Origin: a virus
Strand: one strand, 5' to 3'
Length of the DNA stretch: 64,000 bases
Virus record (IMG/VR): IMGVR_UViG_3300043410_001917
Coordinates: 3,331 to 67,330 of that record
Shown piece after piece: positions 16,460 to 25,301 of this stretch. The notes under the pieces are model-generated. The model did no database searches and was not told the DNA's origin. It saw nothing but the letters and a program-made list of their open reading frames with translations. The position numbers and the translations under genes are program-made. Within the stretch, counting starts at the first letter, position 1, and every line of letters begins with the position of its first letter.

Positions 16460-17178
16460 AAAAAACTTTCGAGGCCCTCCACATCCAAGTGGTGTTCAAA
16501 ACCACACTTGGAACAAGTCATATCAATTTTCTTTTTCAGTTTTGGAATACTATTGAAAAAATTCTCAAGTTTCTCAAACTGTTCCTGATTCAACTGTTCA
16601 ATAAACTCAATCATTTCTTCCGTTGTAACTTCATTTGCATAATGGAACTGTTCACCATCATAAACATATTCAATACAATTAGCTAACATATTAAAGGTAA
16701 CTTCAGTAATATCTTCCAAATCAACAGAATCTTTGACCAATCTGAATGGTGGATATTTCATCTTAACAGAAATTGTATCAGTTAATTGAATTTCAGGATC
16801 AACATATTCTTCCTGAACGGGAAAAATTTCAGTCAAGTTAACTTTTGCTTCCATAATATTTCCACAAACTTTTTCCTCAACTTCATTGTTACAACGATAT
16901 TTTGATTCAGAAATTTCACCAACAGATTTTGCTCTCAGTTGTAGGAAATAATATTCAATGTCTATAATTGGTAAATCATCAATATCAACATCTTTAGACA
17001 ATGTGCATACATTTAATATTTCTCTTACATTATGTTGAATGGTTTTGGCATCGGAAGATTCCATGGCCATCATTAATGCTTTTTGTTCTCTGACCAAGTA
17101 TGGTCTGTATTTTATGTCCTTTTTAGAAACAGGTAATTGCAATTCATATGTTGGCACTTCAAGTTTTGGTAAAGCCAT
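16453..17178 (-). CDS. gp26: Baseplate hub assembly protein, gp26-like
   Basis: MALPKL..PTYEL, YRPYLVREQK, LRAKSVGE, MKYP, CSKCG, LESFF. Confidence 0.85.
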   Translation of the reverse strand: MALPKLEVPTYELQLPVSKKDIKYRPYLVREQKALMMAMESSDAKTIQHNVREILNVCTLSKDVDIDDLPIIDIEYYFLQLRAKSVGEISESKYRCNNEVEEKVCGNIMEAKVNLTEIFPVQEEYVDPEIQLTDTISVKMKYPPFRLVKDSVDLEDITEVTFNMLANCIEYVYDGEQFHYANEVTTEEMIEFIEQLNQEQFEKLENFFNSIPKLKKKIDMTCSKCGFEHHLDVEGLESFFG

Positions 17179-17193
17179 AATAACTCCTTATCA

Positions 17194-17862
17194 TCATTCA
17201 TTAAAATTTATTGGTGAATTCACAGCATCTGCCATAGAATTAAAACCACTAGACAAACCACTTCCAAGAGAACCTCCCAATCCACCAAGAGAAGTCGCTA
17301 CAGATTCTAAACCTGCATCCAAAAGATCCATACCCAAACCTTGTAGAGATAGATTTTTCCAGTAGGTGTATGCAAATGTAACCGATAGTTTGTGATAACC
17401 ATCACCGTTCCAATCTAAATCTAGTTGATTCATTGAAATTGGATATGCATCAATCAAACTCACAGAATAAGTTTTTTCATTTGCAGTATCATATTGGTTA
17501 ATTGTAATTGTCGTTGCGTAATTTTCTTTGTAACGCATATTGTTGTTGTAGGTTGGATTGATAAAATTCAACCAACCGTCAAAAAGAAATTTTTGAGACA
17601 TATCTTCATCAACAATAAAAGTCAAATCAATATCGTTGTATGTTGTCAGATATGGAAACTTTTCTACTGGACCATATGTTTTTTGATCCATTGTGGAAAG
17701 ACTTTTACCCGGCAAGTTTGCAACTTCACAACGATATTTCAAAGTTCTTGCTGTTTTCACATAAGGTATCAATGTTAATGGTATTGGTATATCAACATCA
17801 AACCTACTGGTTCTTGCTAAGTCACCACGAAAACTTGATTTAAATTCGCTAATCGTAGACAT
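17194..17862 (-). CDS. gp54: Baseplate tail-tube initiator, gp54-like (tail-tube fold)
   Basis: LARTSRFDV, CEVANLPG, DAYPISMNQLDLDW, VTFAYTYW. Confidence 0.7.
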   Translation of the reverse strand: MSTISEFKSSFRGDLARTSRFDVDIPIPLTLIPYVKTARTLKYRCEVANLPGKSLSTMDQKTYGPVEKFPYLTTYNDIDLTFIVDEDMSQKFLFDGWLNFINPTYNNNMRYKENYATTITINQYDTANEKTYSVSLIDAYPISMNQLDLDWNGDGYHKLSVTFAYTYWKNLSLQGLGMDLLDAGLESVATSLGGLGGSLGSGLSSGFNSMADAVNSPINFNE

Positions 17863-18480
17863 TTAAGAGGTCCTTATTTCTTGAATAGAATCTTGCCAGA
17901 CTTGTTTTGGTTGTGCTTTTTTAAATTGATGCACAGGTAAATATGTTGCCACATCCCACTCATTAGGTTCCACAGCCAAAATTCTGGATTTTATGTGATT
18001 ATAAAGGTAGTGTTTGATGCAAGGTCTAAACTCTTTTAGTCTAGAGGATGCGTCCAGGATTGGATAGGTTATACGGATTCTCTTAATTTCATCATCATCG
18101 TTGTAGATTGCAAAATTCAATAATTTTCTCAGGAAAATGACCCTGTATTTTAATGGTAAATAATGTAGGTTTAATCCTATGAACCCATCCGGCAATCTTT
18201 TTAATGGTAATACCAGTGGAAACCTATCATAATATGGTAAACTATCCTTAGTTTTTGGATCGTATACAAAATAATACATACCACCCATCAAAAACTTTTG
18301 GCGGTCACCAGGTCTTGTCCACCTAGATTTTTCTTTTGTTATAGGCACAGAAAGTCGACCTGGATTTCTAAGTGTTGCAATTTTCTGCATCAACCAGCGT
18401 AGAGATTCACGGCTCATTGTTGGGTGTTGAGCCGCAATCTTTTCTTCTGTTAATGTAGTAAGTATGGATTTTGTTATCAT
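17863..18480 (-). CDS. gp2: DNA end protector gp2
   Basis: YDPKTKDSLPYYDRFPLV, GLNLHYLP, PCIKHYL; start likely ATG 18480. Confidence 0.9.
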   Translation of the reverse strand: MITKSILTTLTEEKIAAQHPTMSRESLRWLMQKIATLRNPGRLSVPITKEKSRWTRPGDRQKFLMGGMYYFVYDPKTKDSLPYYDRFPLVLPLKRLPDGFIGLNLHYLPLKYRVIFLRKLLNFAIYNDDDEIKRIRITYPILDASSRLKEFRPCIKHYLYNHIKSRILAVEPNEWDVATYLPVHQFKKAQPKQVWQDSIQEIRTS

Positions 18481-18491
18481 CGGATATTTAG

Positions 18492-18926
18492 TTACAGTCC
18501 GAGGTGGTCTTCCGTAACTAATTTGAATTCCCAACCCCTATCTAAACAATATTCTGTTGCAGCCTTCCATTTGGCTTGATTTACACCCCACGTTGCAACT
18601 TCTTGTATGTATTGTTTGGTAACCCGTCTTTTGGCCACAGGTTGCATAGTTTGTTTCTTTGGTTTAACTTCAAGCATCATCGTTCTTGTTCGACCATCTT
18701 TGTCTCTAACTTTAACCAAAAAATCGGGAAAGTATCGATGCATACGACCATCAACTGGAGATTTATAGGGTATGGTCAATTCTTCTGAAGCCCAAGACAC
18801 AATATTTGGATTTTTGTCGAGCCAATTCATCACTCGACATTCCCATGACGAGCGATATATGATGTTTTTTGGATCCCCAACATATTTTTGAGGATTTGAA
18901 GGTCGGAACTTTCCAGAATATGCCAT
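18492..18926 (-). CDS. gp4: Head completion nuclease gp4 (TnsA-like)
   Basis: YRSSWE, WASEE, HRYFPDF, EVKPKKQT, NQAKWKAA. Confidence 0.93.
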   Translation of the reverse strand: MAYSGKFRPSNPQKYVGDPKNIIYRSSWECRVMNWLDKNPNIVSWASEELTIPYKSPVDGRMHRYFPDFLVKVRDKDGRTRTMMLEVKPKKQTMQPVAKRRVTKQYIQEVATWGVNQAKWKAATEYCLDRGWEFKLVTEDHLGL

Positions 18927-18959
18927 AAATAGTATATATCACTTTTCTAGAAAACAATC

Positions 18960-20015
18960 ATGGCAATTATTTCAATACCAACATCAATCGGTGGTCTAAA
19001 CATACCTGGCGGTATATTTGGTGGTCCCCTATCAGATTTATTCGATTCGGGTGTTGGACATTTCTCATATCAATATCCTAGGGACCTTGGGAGTTCCAGT
19101 AAAGCTCACGCTGTTTATTTCACAATTAAAGAGGTTGAAGAAGTTAAATTAAATGAATTACCAGGTTTTGTTGAAAAGGGTGTTGAAGTTTTAAGTGCAA
19201 CCGGTGAAAATCTTTACAACGATTTTAAAAGTGAAGGTGGATTTTTAGGTATAACATCAAAGGTTCTTGGAGGAGCAACCGACTTATTCACCGGCGACTG
19301 GAAATCAGGTTTAAATACTATTTTTGGTGGATTAACTGGTGCGGTGAGGTCAACTGTTGGTGTTTATGATGCGGTTGGAAGTTTTTTAAATCAACAACGA
19401 AGCACGCCAGTTGGACAAATTGCTTTGTATATGCCAGAAAATTTCAATTTATCAACAGCTTTATCTTATGATGACACATCCACATTAGCTTCAGCAATGG
19501 GTGCAATACCACTAATTGGTGGCGCCGTTAAAACAGCAACCAATCTTGCTGGTGGCGGAGACAATGATGCTTTTAAGTTGATTTTAAATAGAGCAGGTTA
19601 TGTTTTTAATCCACAAAAACAAGTATTGTTTCAAGGTGTTAATTTTAGAGATTTTAATATGTCATTTACTTTTACACCATATTCAGCAGCTGAAGCCGAG
19701 CAGGTGAAAAATATTATTGAGAAATTTAGAATGTATGCGTCACCAAAAAGAAATTCTCAACTTGACACAGGAGAAAACAAATCCAATATGTTTTGGGTTC
19801 CTCCGGCTTTATTTGAAATAGATTTTAAGCAATATGGCCAACACAATGATAAGTTACCAAAATTGAAAGATTGTGTTATAGAAAGTATTGATGTTAATTA
19901 TACTCCAAATGGTTGGACAGCTCACAGTGATGGTGCACCGGTTCAAACAGTTCTAACAATCAATTTCAAAGAAATATCATTGATTGGTAGAGATGATATT
20001 CAAGCAGGTTATTAA
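18960..20015 (+). CDS. gp48: Baseplate tail-tube cap gp48
   Basis: YPRDL, IALYMP, NPQKQVLFQGVNFRDFNMSF, VNYTPNG, LTINFKE; CATAAATA at 18924. Confidence 0.85.
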   Translation: MAIISIPTSIGGLNIPGGIFGGPLSDLFDSGVGHFSYQYPRDLGSSSKAHAVYFTIKEVEEVKLNELPGFVEKGVEVLSATGENLYNDFKSEGGFLGITSKVLGGATDLFTGDWKSGLNTIFGGLTGAVRSTVGVYDAVGSFLNQQRSTPVGQIALYMPENFNLSTALSYDDTSTLASAMGAIPLIGGAVKTATNLAGGGDNDAFKLILNRAGYVFNPQKQVLFQGVNFRDFNMSFTFTPYSAAEAEQVKNIIEKFRMYASPKRNSQLDTGENKSNMFWVPPALFEIDFKQYGQHNDKLPKLKDCVIESIDVNYTPNGWTAHSDGAPVQTVLTINFKEISLIGRDDIQAGY

Positions 20016-20017
20016 AA

Positions 20018-20638
20018 ATGAAATATTTTAATTCTTTACCTAAAGTTGTTTACACAGACAAAAACAACACCAGAACCTTATACACAAATTTAATGTCTAG
20101 AGCAAGTGTTATTCCAAGTGTATTAAATAATGCTTTATCTTTTTATGACTATGATATTCAGGATGAAGATACACCAGAAATTGTAGCACACAAATATTAT
20201 GGTGACATTAATCGTTTCTGGATTGTATTATATTGTAATCAAATTAATGATCCGTTATGGGATTGGCCATTAAGCAACAGAAAATTTCAACAATATATGG
20301 CGAATAAATACAACGGTTCAAATTCAAATCCGAGTGGTCTTTATCCAGATAGTATTCACCACTATGAGATAGTTAAATTGAAAACTTCTTCTTCAACAAC
20401 ACAAACACAAGAAGAAAGAATAATTTGTTCACAAGAAGATTATGATGCAGCTACATTTAATGATTATCCGATTATTACTGTTGGTTCAGAAACAATTAGT
20501 TTTGTAATAACAAAAAAAATTGTCACCAATTATGAATATGAATATGAATTAAATGAATCAAAAAGAAAAATTAAAATATTAAACAAAGAGTATGCAGCTC
20601 AATTTGAAAAAGAATTTGTAAATTTAATGAAAAATTAA
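20018..20638 (+). CDS. gp53: Baseplate wedge subunit gp53
   Basis: YFNSLP, DTPEIVAHKYYG, WIVLYCN, DWPL, YEYELNESKRKIKIL. Confidence 0.9.
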   Translation: MKYFNSLPKVVYTDKNNTRTLYTNLMSRASVIPSVLNNALSFYDYDIQDEDTPEIVAHKYYGDINRFWIVLYCNQINDPLWDWPLSNRKFQQYMANKYNGSNSNPSGLYPDSIHHYEIVKLKTSSSTTQTQEERIICSQEDYDAATFNDYPIITVGSETISFVITKKIVTNYEYEYELNESKRKIKILNKEYAAQFEKEFVNLMKN

Positions 20639-20639
20639 T

Positions 20640-21941
20640 ATGGCCATATTTGCACAAGATTTTGATTTAGAATCGGTTGATATTATTGCCGATAACGACC
20701 AAGTAGTTAAAATAAAATATCTCGTTGTTGAATTAAACTTCTTTGAGGATATATTCTCTTTTGCTTGTTCAGGAAACGTAGTTGTGCGAGATGCATTGGG
20801 CATCATCGAAAAATTAAAATTAGACGGTTCCGAAATCATTCAAATTTCGTATGGCAAATCCACAAGCACAACGAAAAACACAAGAAAATTCAGATTATAT
20901 AAAATTGGTAATAGAATACCTGCCGGTAATAAAACATCAGAACATTTCACATTGTATTTTACATCGGAAGAAATGTTTATTTCAGAACAATTAAAATTGA
21001 GTAAACCATTTAAGGGATTACCAATTTCTGAAATGATTCAAAGAATATTGATTGATGAAATTAATGGATTGGCTGTTTCTAGAGATAGATTACAAGCAAT
21101 ACAACCAACATATGGTTTGTATGATATGATTGTTCCAAAACTTAAACCATTTGAAGCTATAAGTTGGTTGTCGAATTATGCTTTGCCTGGTGAAGGTCTA
21201 GGTGCGGATATGATATTCTTTGAAACTAAAGATGGTTTTTATTTTGCATCACTTGGAACACTATTTGCAAATGATCCTATAGCACAATACAAATATCAAC
21301 CATCAGACACAGAAACTTTTAAAGCGGTCGATTTGTTCAATATTCTAAATTACGAATTCGTAAAAACATACGATTCATTGGAAGCAACCAATTCTGGAAT
21401 GTATGCGAACAGGGTTATCACAATCGATCCTATTTCTAGAACAAAGATTGTAACAGATTTCAACAAGGCATCCTTACCTGGTTACAGCCAAACCGGAACA
21501 AACTTAAATAGATTTGGTAAATATTCAGAAGAAATGGTTGAAAGTAACTTGAAATTGGTTTTTGGAAATGCAAACCAATTAAATGAAGAATATGTAAGTC
21601 AAAGTCCAGAAAATGTTGCCAAAAACATCAATGCAGAAATATTTGTTCCAAATAGAACAGCACAATTAGCTTTAGCCCACTATACAGTAATGAAGGCAAT
21701 TGTTCCTGGAAATAGTAATTTAACTGTCGGACAAACATTAGATATTCAATTAAATTCTTTTGGTATACAAGGGACAGGAAATCAATCTTCTATGGGAGAA
21801 GATATATATTATTCGGGAAAGTATTTAATTACAGCTGTGCGACATATAATACAAACACAAGGTGTATATCAAACAGTTTTGGAATTGGCCAAAGATACTT
21901 CTTCTATGGAATTCCCAAGTCAACAATATGCACTTTCATAA
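20640..21941 (+). CDS. Baseplate hub protein (gp27-like)
   Basis: Between gp53 and gp5; FFEDIFS..SG, FFET, SGKYLITAVRH. Confidence 0.65.
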   Translation: MAIFAQDFDLESVDIIADNDQVVKIKYLVVELNFFEDIFSFACSGNVVVRDALGIIEKLKLDGSEIIQISYGKSTSTTKNTRKFRLYKIGNRIPAGNKTSEHFTLYFTSEEMFISEQLKLSKPFKGLPISEMIQRILIDEINGLAVSRDRLQAIQPTYGLYDMIVPKLKPFEAISWLSNYALPGEGLGADMIFFETKDGFYFASLGTLFANDPIAQYKYQPSDTETFKAVDLFNILNYEFVKTYDSLEATNSGMYANRVITIDPISRTKIVTDFNKASLPGYSQTGTNLNRFGKYSEEMVESNLKLVFGNANQLNEEYVSQSPENVAKNINAEIFVPNRTAQLALAHYTVMKAIVPGNSNLTVGQTLDIQLNSFGIQGTGNQSSMGEDIYYSGKYLITAVRHIIQTQGVYQTVLELAKDTSSMEFPSQQYALS

Positions 21942-21949
21942 GGTGAAAA

Positions 21950-22270
21950 ATGAGTTTTATAGGTAAAGATGGTTTTATATGGTGGGTCGGAGTAAACGAA
22001 TTCAGGGGTGATCCTTTGGGTTTAGGCCGATGCAAGGTTAGAATTTTTGGATGGCATACAGATAACAAAACAGAATTGCCGACCGAAGATTTACCTTGGG
22101 CTTTGCCGATGTATCCAATTAATCATTCAAAATCTTTTTCAGCACCTATGTTAGGTGAATGGATTGTTGGTTTCTTCATGGATGGTGTAGCTGGTCAAGC
22201 ACCTGTTATGATGGGTGTTTTACCAGGAATAGAGAAACCAGCAAGTAATACAGTTCAGGAGATATATTAA
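21950..22270 (+). CDS. gp5: gp5 N-terminal OB-fold domain as a stand-alone ORF
   Basis: WWVGV...DPLGLGRCKVRIFGWH...LPWA...GEWIVGFFMDG..GQAPVMMG. Confidence 0.88.
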   Translation: MSFIGKDGFIWWVGVNEFRGDPLGLGRCKVRIFGWHTDNKTELPTEDLPWALPMYPINHSKSFSAPMLGEWIVGFFMDGVAGQAPVMMGVLPGIEKPASNTVQEIY

Positions 22271-23109
22271 TGGCATATGATTACAGTCAAGAGCCAGCAG
22301 AACCAGGAGCAAAAGATTTGCCACCAGCTGTTGGCAATGAAAATTTGAAACCTCCGCCAGGAGCTGAGAATGACGGTCGTGTGGTGGGCACACCAACTAT
22401 ACCTGCATCCGCAAGAGGTATTGTTGATAAAACAAGTCGTGGAAATAACAATAAAAAATTGGCTCACGTATGTAATTTTATTGATGAAATGCGTAAAAAT
22501 ATATACTTGAAAAAATTTATCAAGGCAACAGCACAAGCAATTAGAGAAGGAATTCGTAAAATTTTATCAGCTTTGGGTTTTACAGACAAAACTGGTCTTT
22601 TTGCAGCTGCTGCAGCTAAATTAAAAGAAGCTGCTCGATGGTTAAAAACCGTTCAAAAATATTTAAAAGATGTAATCGATTTTGAAAGATATGTGTTAGC
22701 ATTTATCACAAAAATTAGAGCACTAATTGCATGGATTCGTTCATTACCAGCAAGATTTATGGCACTTTTAGCACAATGTTTGGCCAAATTTTTAAAATTG
22801 GTTGGTAGTGTTTTTACTGATTTCTTTAAAGAACTTACAGCCGGAGAAGATACTGGTTTTGGTGATTTACTAAAAGAAACTAAAAATTTATTAAACGAAA
22901 CTGTAAAAACAGTAAAATTGGCTGCTACTGCTGTAGCTGGTGCTGGAGCTATTGCCGCATCAGCTTCAACACTTTTAACAGTGCCGGCATCATCAGCTGA
23001 CTTAAAAGCAGCAAATAAAACAATTGCACAATATAAAGCAACGTTACCTTCCACTCAAGATGTTACCGATGCAGCAAAAGTAACACCAGTAAGTAAATCT
23101 ACACCTTAA
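22270..23109 (+). CDS. Hypothetical helical protein occupying the gp5 middle-domain position
   Basis: TAATG overlap with the OB-fold ORF; amphipathic basic helices; no lysozyme motif seen. Confidence 0.6.
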   Translation: MAYDYSQEPAEPGAKDLPPAVGNENLKPPPGAENDGRVVGTPTIPASARGIVDKTSRGNNNKKLAHVCNFIDEMRKNIYLKKFIKATAQAIREGIRKILSALGFTDKTGLFAAAAAKLKEAARWLKTVQKYLKDVIDFERYVLAFITKIRALIAWIRSLPARFMALLAQCLAKFLKLVGSVFTDFFKELTAGEDTGFGDLLKETKNLLNETVKTVKLAATAVAGAGAIAASASTLLTVPASSADLKAANKTIAQYKATLPSTQDVTDAAKVTPVSKSTP

Positions 23110-23114
23110 TTATC

Positions 23115-23990
23115 ATGGAAACATCAGACATTAATTCACCGCCGGTTCCAGGACTCTGGACTGAACCAGAATCTGCAGCCAATACTTATTACCAGCCAGT
23201 TTATCCATATAATAATGTTCAACAAACAGAAGCTGGTCATAAACTTGAAATGGATGACACACCAACCAGAGAACGTGTGTGTTTGTCACACAGAACAGGA
23301 ACATTTATTGAAATGCATCCTAATGGTGATGAAGTTCACAAGGTATATGGTAACGGATTCACAATCATTGTTTCGAATAAAAACGTATTGATTGCAGGAG
23401 ATTGTAATATTGAAATTGTAGGTGATTGTAATATAAAAGTTGGAAAAGACATGAATGTTGAGGTCGGTGGAAATTATAATTTGCAAGTTAAAGGTGAAAC
23501 CAATATTAGGTCTATCGGTAATGTGGATATTTCGGGTGATACTGATGTTAGGATTACAGCTGATGAGAATTTTGGTGGAACGATGTATCTTGGTGCAGCA
23601 GACCATATATCAGTTGCTTCCGACTTAAACGTTGGTGGTTCAATTCACGCAGATATGATAAATGCAGACTCAAGAGTTACCGCATTGGCTGGAGTTTATG
23701 CTGGATATGATGGTTTCACAACCTCTGGTGGACTTTCTGTTGGATTTCCAACCCCAGCATCACCGGTTGCAATTGCAGGACAAATACATTGTGTTGGAAC
23801 AATAAATGCAGCTGTGGCTATGAATACACCATTTCTTACTGCAAAATTAGCGGAAGTTGGAATTCTAGATGCAGTTTTGATGGCCGACAAGGTCAATTCA
23901 TCAATATTTAATGCACATATCCATCCAAATGGTAATCAAGGAGCTCCAACAGGAACACCAGTGACACCATTTAATGGTGCAGGTGTGTAA
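23115..23990 (+). CDS. gp5: gp5 C-terminal beta-helix spike protein
   Basis: YPYNNVQQTEAGH..EMDDTP..ER...HRTGTF.E.HPNG, VxGxxxxx repeats, HIH motif near the C-terminus. Confidence 0.85.
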   Translation: METSDINSPPVPGLWTEPESAANTYYQPVYPYNNVQQTEAGHKLEMDDTPTRERVCLSHRTGTFIEMHPNGDEVHKVYGNGFTIIVSNKNVLIAGDCNIEIVGDCNIKVGKDMNVEVGGNYNLQVKGETNIRSIGNVDISGDTDVRITADENFGGTMYLGAADHISVASDLNVGGSIHADMINADSRVTALAGVYAGYDGFTTSGGLSVGFPTPASPVAIAGQIHCVGTINAAVAMNTPFLTAKLAEVGILDAVLMADKVNSSIFNAHIHPNGNQGAPTGTPVTPFNGAGV

Positions 23991-24002
23991 TGAGGAGTTA
24001 AT

Positions 24003-24806
24003 ATGGTAGCAGTGGCAAACGCAGCAGGAATTTGGCAATCTTTTGGTTATAATTTTGATGATCCAAATGGAAACATAAAGGAATTATCAGATGAAACGAA
24101 ATCTCATCTAGAATCTATGCCACCATTTATAAAGTCATGGCAGGCTCAAGATATTGCAAATAATGACTTTGGTGGTTATTATCAAAATCCGGTGGGCAGT
24201 GTAGCTTCATTGATTTATCAAACCGCAAGTCATATTGTAGTTTCAACTACCGGTGTAACAAATTTATCGAATGTTCATACTTCCGCAACGGGTCTAGTGG
24301 CCAACGCAGACAATTTCCGAACACATACAGCCAGATTATCTGGTTTAATTGAAAATAATGGAACAGACACTCAAAACGTGTATATGGAACAAGCTATGTC
24401 GTTGGGCAGAACTGCCATGTATATAACAAATCAAACGGATGGTATAACAAACAATGCGCCGATTTTGGGTAGTTTTTCTAGTATTATGATAGAGCCACAA
24501 CTTACGGCAAATAGTGATATATTATTAACCTATAAAGAACAACTTAATGGAAGCATTAATGTTTCTTTGTCCTTTTCAAATTTGACAAGCTCACAGATAA
24601 CCACAATAGATAACCACATAAACAGTCTAAATGACTTTATGAATTATAGAAGAACCTCGGATATTAATTTTTATACTAATGTAAAAGTTTTTGTGGATGG
24701 TTATAATAAAACGAAAAAACTCAATAATATGGGAGAATCTGAAAAATATTTGATGAATAATTTCATCGGAACCGAAAAAGCAAAGAACAGGATCAATAAT
24801 AGTTAA
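24003..24806 (+). CDS. Hypothetical virion protein
   Basis: 267-aa ORF with SD GAGGAG in the baseplate module. Confidence 0.65.
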   Translation: MVAVANAAGIWQSFGYNFDDPNGNIKELSDETKSHLESMPPFIKSWQAQDIANNDFGGYYQNPVGSVASLIYQTASHIVVSTTGVTNLSNVHTSATGLVANADNFRTHTARLSGLIENNGTDTQNVYMEQAMSLGRTAMYITNQTDGITNNAPILGSFSSIMIEPQLTANSDILLTYKEQLNGSINVSLSFSNLTSSQITTIDNHINSLNDFMNYRRTSDINFYTNVKVFVDGYNKTKKLNNMGESEKYLMNNFIGTEKAKNRINNS

Positions 24807-24892
24807 TTGCCGAAATTTCGAATTTTTCGATTCCGGCCCGAAAATTTTTCCGCACACTTCCAAAAGTCCAAAAAGCGAATCCACTCCTAGCA

Positions 24893-24900
24893 TATAAATA
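24893..24900 (+). promoter_or_regulatory. T4-type late promoter TATAAATA
   Basis: Exact T4 late consensus 4 nt before the gp25 ATG; TAAATA variants also near 543, 18924, 31563, 44768, 45904, 49030, 58116, 61224, 63204 and 18485-18491 (minus strand). Confidence 0.8.
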
Positions 24901-24904
24901 AAAG

Positions 24905-25300
24905 ATGGCAACCAACATACAAAAATTATTCTCAGACATAGACTTCACACTCGCAAAGAGACCTGTGTTGGGTGATATCGCTTTGAGTTATGACAGTCAA
25001 GCTGTCATACGTTCAATCCGAAATATATTATTGACCAAAAAATATGAAAAACATTGGAATCCATATTTTGGTTCAAACATAGACACATTACTATTTGAAA
25101 ATGTGTCTTTTGCGGCTGCAAATGCACTTGAAAAAGAAATTGCATCTACAATAACAAATTTTGAACCCAGAGTCAACCTCAAAAATGTTGTGGTGGAACC
25201 ATTTACAGACAAAAATGCCTATAATGTTACTTTGACGTTTTTTATAGCCAATGCAACACAACCAACTACTGTAACAGTTTTTTTAGAGAGAAATAGATAA
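24905..25300 (+). CDS. gp25: Baseplate wedge subunit gp25
   Basis: SDIDF, AVIRSIRNILLT, FGSNI..LLFE, NFEPRV. Confidence 0.92.
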   Translation: MATNIQKLFSDIDFTLAKRPVLGDIALSYDSQAVIRSIRNILLTKKYEKHWNPYFGSNIDTLLFENVSFAAANALEKEIASTITNFEPRVNLKNVVVEPFTDKNAYNVTLTFFIANATQPTTVTVFLERNR

Positions 25301-25301
25301 A

